Source: Phaeosaccion multiseriatum (taxonomy: Eukaryota; Protista; Ochrophyta, other classes). Taken from it: 64,000 nucleotides of DNA. The notes beneath the pieces were generated by a model. It saw nothing but the letters and a program-made list of their open reading frames with translations. It searched no databases and was not told where the DNA came from. Both the position numbers and the translations under genes were made by a program. Of the stretch, positions 59,834 through 64,000 are shown in pieces. How positions within the stretch are numbered: the first letter of the stretch is position 1; the number at the start of each line of letters is the position of its first letter. The DNA lies in assembly GCA_965112735.1 (NCBI GenBank), contig OZ218963.1, positions 3,100,001-3,164,000 on the forward strand, given 5' to 3'.

Positions 59834-62363
59834 GATAAACATCGATTTGAGCACCGTGCAACAGCATGGGAGGTGGGCAGTGGGACAGGTGGGGTTAGGA
59901 CCTTGGGGGGTAAAAGTCGTGTGCAAGAGATGAAAGTATATGTGTACAAGCATCAGAGGGATTTCCACAAAAGGCTTCCCCGGATGGGATATATTCGTTG
60001 CACCCCACCTTCCACCCCACACCCCGCCACATCCACATCCATGTGTGTACCAATACTCACAAGCGCACCACACTTACTTCCTCTCCCGCTGTGGACACAA
60101 ACTTGTCGTAGGTGGGGTAGATGGTCCTCGCTTGTGCGGCAGGGGCTGAACCCTCCCTCACACACACGGGCAAGTCCTTCACCACAGCTTCGGTCATGCT
60201 GCTGACAGCGCAGTAGGTAGTGCCGGAGGTCGTGAGCAAAAACGAGGTAAGGTTGGCTGTGCACATGCCGAGGATATGCGGAGAGAGGTGCGTCCAAGGC
60301 AAGGAAGAAAAGGGGGGAAGAGGGAGAGGGGGGAGGGGAAGAAGGTGAGCAATCAAAGCAAGTACCACACAGATGAATGAGAAGCTATGTGGGACGGGCA
60401 TGGTATAGCAAATAGTAAAGACCGCACTATCTCTCGCCCTCTCTCATACACCTGACACCTGTGTATGTCGCGATGAGCACGAGAACCAGGAAGGACCAGC
60501 TCCAAGCCAGGAGCTTTCCCCACTTGGTCTTGGGTAGGTACGAGCCTGAGTACGTAAGGACCTGTGCGCCCTTGTACAACGAATACCCCAGTCCTTTGAG
60601 GAAGGCCCGGGGTGTGAAGCCAAACACGTAGCCTCGGTATCGGCTGTAGTGATCAAGCGCGAAGTCCGTCCCGCCCCTCTCCTTCTCTGCTCGCTGGCGC
60701 CCTCTCCCTGCCGCCGCCTGAGCTGGGTAAGGGTCGATGGGGCAGAAGCGAGCAGCCCTGGTGAATGTAGTTGAGAAAGAGGGGGAGAGGGGAAATACGA
60801 GGCTCTCCCACGCACCTCTCTCTCAATCTTCTCGAGCTCCCTGGTTCTCTTCTTGGAAAGGACCATTCCGGCGGCGGCAGAGGAAGCGGTGTAACGAAAC
60901 TTGCCCTTGCCCTTTCCACGAGGAGAAGAGGAAAGGCCCGCGGCTCCATCGCCAACACCAGTAGTAGCACTGTTGGCCAAGTTTCTAGCCGTGAGCGGGG
61001 GAACGACAAGGGCGTTGGACTGGATGCCATCTCCTATTGCCACCATCGTCATCTTCTTCATGTATTTGAGGTTGCGCTCCTCCTCCTTTCTCTGATAGTC
61101 CATGAAACGCGCACCCTCGAAAATGAGGATGAGAAGGGCCGTGCCCAAAAGCGCGAGGCCACTTAGTAGCCATACCCCGCTAGAGAAGGGCCGGGAGAAC
61201 GACATGAACGCCACGCCGCCATTCGCCTCGCAGACCGAGGTAGCGAAGTACAGACTGAGACTCGAAGGCGAGGGTGGGGCGGAGAGAGAGCGAAGAGAGT
61301 GGAGGGAGTCATACGGACATTCGGACGCGAGGGTTGGGGGCAGAGCAAGACAAGAGAGTTTGGGGCTCATGAGGAGGCAGGTACCATGCTGATGCCAGCT
61401 AATGGCAGCTGATGGGAGCTGGTAGCACGTTCGATCGTACCTCGAGTCCATGAAGTGGAAGGGAAAGAGAGTCCCGGATTGCCTCCGCTTGGCGGTGTCG
61501 AGGAACCAAATGCCCACCACGTCCGCCGAGTACTTGGTGGCCGTCAGCCAAGTGTCCCACGTGTCGCCCTACCGCGGAAGACGGGGGCAGAGGGAGAAGG
61601 GAGTGTAGAGGGAGAGAGAGAGGGAGAGAAGTGAAAGAGGGAGAGCAGGAGAAGGAGGAGAAAGAGACGCTCTGCTCGATCAGATATCTCTTCGGGAGAA
61701 AGGAGGCAGGGGGTACGGGGGCAGAAGATAGGGAGGCCATCCATGCACAGTCTTTACTGCTCTCACCGCCTCGAAGTCTGGATGATCGACGGTAATGGGC
61801 AGTATTTCGAAGCCGGCAGACTTGGCTACGAGTTGCATCACGTCGACCATATAGCCGCCCGTAAAGTTTCCCGAAGCTTCATCATACTCCACCTTCGAAG
61901 GGCAGGTGGGTCAAAGATGCAGCAGCACAAGCAGAAGGCGTGCAGCCGAGGGAGCGACAACAAGTGAATGAGGGGACAAGGCAGAGTAGGGCGACAATAT
62001 GCACCAGAAATGACTGCCCTCCCCTTCCCTTCCCGACCTCGTGCTCTCTTCTCTCTCTTTCTCTCTCCGCACCATAGGGTGGTCCTTGTCGAAGGCCACG
62101 CTGATCCGCCTTCCCTTTAGAACGTTGCCCAAGTTGATCGAAGTGTTGGTGAAGCCATGAGACACATTGCACCATGTCTGCCCATCAAGGCCCGCCGCCA
62201 CGAAGCTGTTGTTGCTAGTTTTGTAGTACCACTTATCATACTCGTGCATCTGGTAAGCCGCTCCCGACTGTTGAAGCGTTGCCAGGAGAAGGAGCAGCAA
62301 AAGGGAGCCCTTGCCGCCTACTGCTGCTGCCGGTGTAGCCCATGGCCGTCGGCGCTTTCTCAT
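58428..62363 (-). CDS. Ionotropic glutamate receptor-like channel without amino-terminal domain (multi-exon)
   Basis: Signal peptide, S1 (FTGGYMVDVMQLVAKSAGF), M1 (FSRPFSSGVWLL), M3 (PKTKWGKLLAWSWSFLVLVLIATYT|ANLTSFL, the SYTANL gate), S2 (LQESGDLRRIY), M4 (LAGLFLVHALLLLV). Confidence 0.88.
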
Positions 62364-62953
62364 GTACTCCTGCTGCTGCCGCTGCTGCTGCTGTGGCGGA
62401 CCTTTCTTACTGTATGTATTACGTATTACACATTCCACCCCCCCCCAGAATAAGCGAACTGTAATCCCACGTCGTCGCCCGCTGTACCCCCTCCCCCCCG
62501 GGTTTCTCTATACGCCTCCCGATGACGCCCCCCCCCCCCTCCCTTTGAAGCTCACAAGACCTGAAAGGTGAGAAAGAGAGACGCGAAGAGAGGAAGACGA
62601 GGAAGGATGGATGCTTGTGTGGTTGTGCTCTTACGCTGCTTGTGCTGAGTGGCGGCAAACCCATACGTTTTGTTCCGGTGTTGCATTGGATGAATCTTTT
62701 TCTCCTCCCTCCCCCGATCATCCTCCCCCCTCTTCCCTTCCCCCTCCCATTCACTTCTTCCACTCAGAGGAAGGATTGTATTGGGCTGTATGGGGTATGG
62801 GCTGGAAATGGGTGGGGAGCACCCTAGAGTTCTTTCCCCCTGACTTTCTTTTCGCTGGTCCTTTCGCTGCTCCGCGCCTGCCCTTTTTTACTATATTCCG
62901 AACTCCGCCACGCGACTCCAGCAAGCACCGGCGAAAGAGAGATCATATCAATC

Positions 62954-63888
62954 ATGCCTACCCTCAAGGAAGAGATCGGCACCGGAGTCATCACCGGTGA
63001 CAAGGTGATGAAGTTGTTCAAGCACGCCAAGGACAACAAGTACGCCATCCCCGCTGTCAACGTGACGAGCAGCAGCACGGCCAACGCGGTGATGGAGGCG
63101 GCCGCGGCCATCGGCAGTCCCATCATCATTCAGGTGTCCAACGGGGGTGCTGCTTTCTTCGCCGGCAAGTCCGTCAACAACAAGGAGCCGAGCAACCAGG
63201 TGATTATTTGTGCGAGCAGTTCCGAATGGAGGGCCCTTTGGATGGAAGAATGAGTGCTCTTCTCCGATCTCTTCACTCGCAAAGAGACTCAATCACTAAC
63301 TATCCGCTGTCTGAAATGGATGATGGTGTCTTTCCACACCCCGCTTGCTTACAGGCTTCCATCGCCGGGTCCGTGGCCATGGCTCTCCACGTGCGCCAAA
63401 TGGCAAAGTACTACGACATCCCTGTGGTGATCCACAGCGACCACTGTGCCAAGAAGCTTCTGCCCTGGTTCGACGGCATGCTGGTCGCAAACGAGGAGTA
63501 CTTCGAAAAGAACGGAGAGCCCCTCTTCTCGTCCCACATGCTGGACCTCAGCGAGGAGACGGACGAGGAGAACATTAGCACCTGCAAGGAGTACTTCGAG
63601 CGAATGACCAAGATCAAGGTGGGCCGGAGAGGAGGGGATCAAAGGCGTCGGAGGGTGGGTCTAGCTTGAGACATGTCTGTTTTGTGTTGCTGACGTCCAG
63701 TCATGTGTTGTCATCCTTCTCCTCTGCCACACCAGTGCTTCTTGGAGATGGAGATTGGCATCACCGGCGGAGAGGAGGACGGTGTGGACAACAGCGACGC
63801 TGACGTCAGCAAGCTGTACACGCAGCCCGAGCAGATCATGGCAGTGTACACTGCGCTGTCCAGTGTCGCCGATACCTTCTCCATTGCG
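62954..63888 (+). CDS. FBA: Fructose-bisphosphate aldolase class II (type A), probably cytosolic; 5' part only, continues beyond the window
   Basis: YAIPAVNV, IIQVSNGGAAFFAGK, HSDHCAKKLLPWFDG, PLFSSHMLDLSEE, LEMEIGITGGEEDGVDN. No presequence. Confidence 0.96.
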
Positions 63889-64000
63889 GTGAGTGAGACT
63901 TGCATAGGCTTGGGGGGATGCTGTCTGTGAGATCCATACAAGTCTAGCGTTTCCATTACCTTGTCTTTATTATGCCATTTAAAGTGGCCAGCAGCAGCAT

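Overview
Gene-dense, intron-rich nuclear DNA of a photosynthetic stramenopile (ochrophyte). This is inferred from GT-AG introns, bipartite signal+Phe plastid presequences on APX, MGDG synthase and a repeat protein, and many microsatellites. About 18 spliced or single-exon genes are supportable: CDC14, plastid APX, SmD2, a secreted RCC1-repeat protein, a D/D+tandem-GAF protein, a WKF-domain protein, a class I cyclic-nucleotide phosphodiesterase with an N-terminal voltage-sensor-like domain, MGDG synthase, an intronless C-terminally membrane-anchored Hsp70, a DHU1-like WD40/BTB/Kelch/BTB fusion, FAM185A-like, a zinc-finger-less DFRP1/Tma46-like protein, NADH kinase, a plastid-targeted 58-aa tandem-repeat protein, an iGluR-like channel, class II FBA (cut by the window end) and several hypotheticals. 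Most genes are head-to-head pairs. The three large non-coding blocks lie at tandem junctions and hold MITE/foldback elements and short-motif arrays. The best novelty candidate is a cyclic-nucleotide signalling pair: the VSD-PDE fusion and a neighbouring D/D-GAF-GAF protein that mimics PKA regulatory-subunit architecture. Exon structures were assembled by eye, so boundaries and starts are approximate and no database searches were run.
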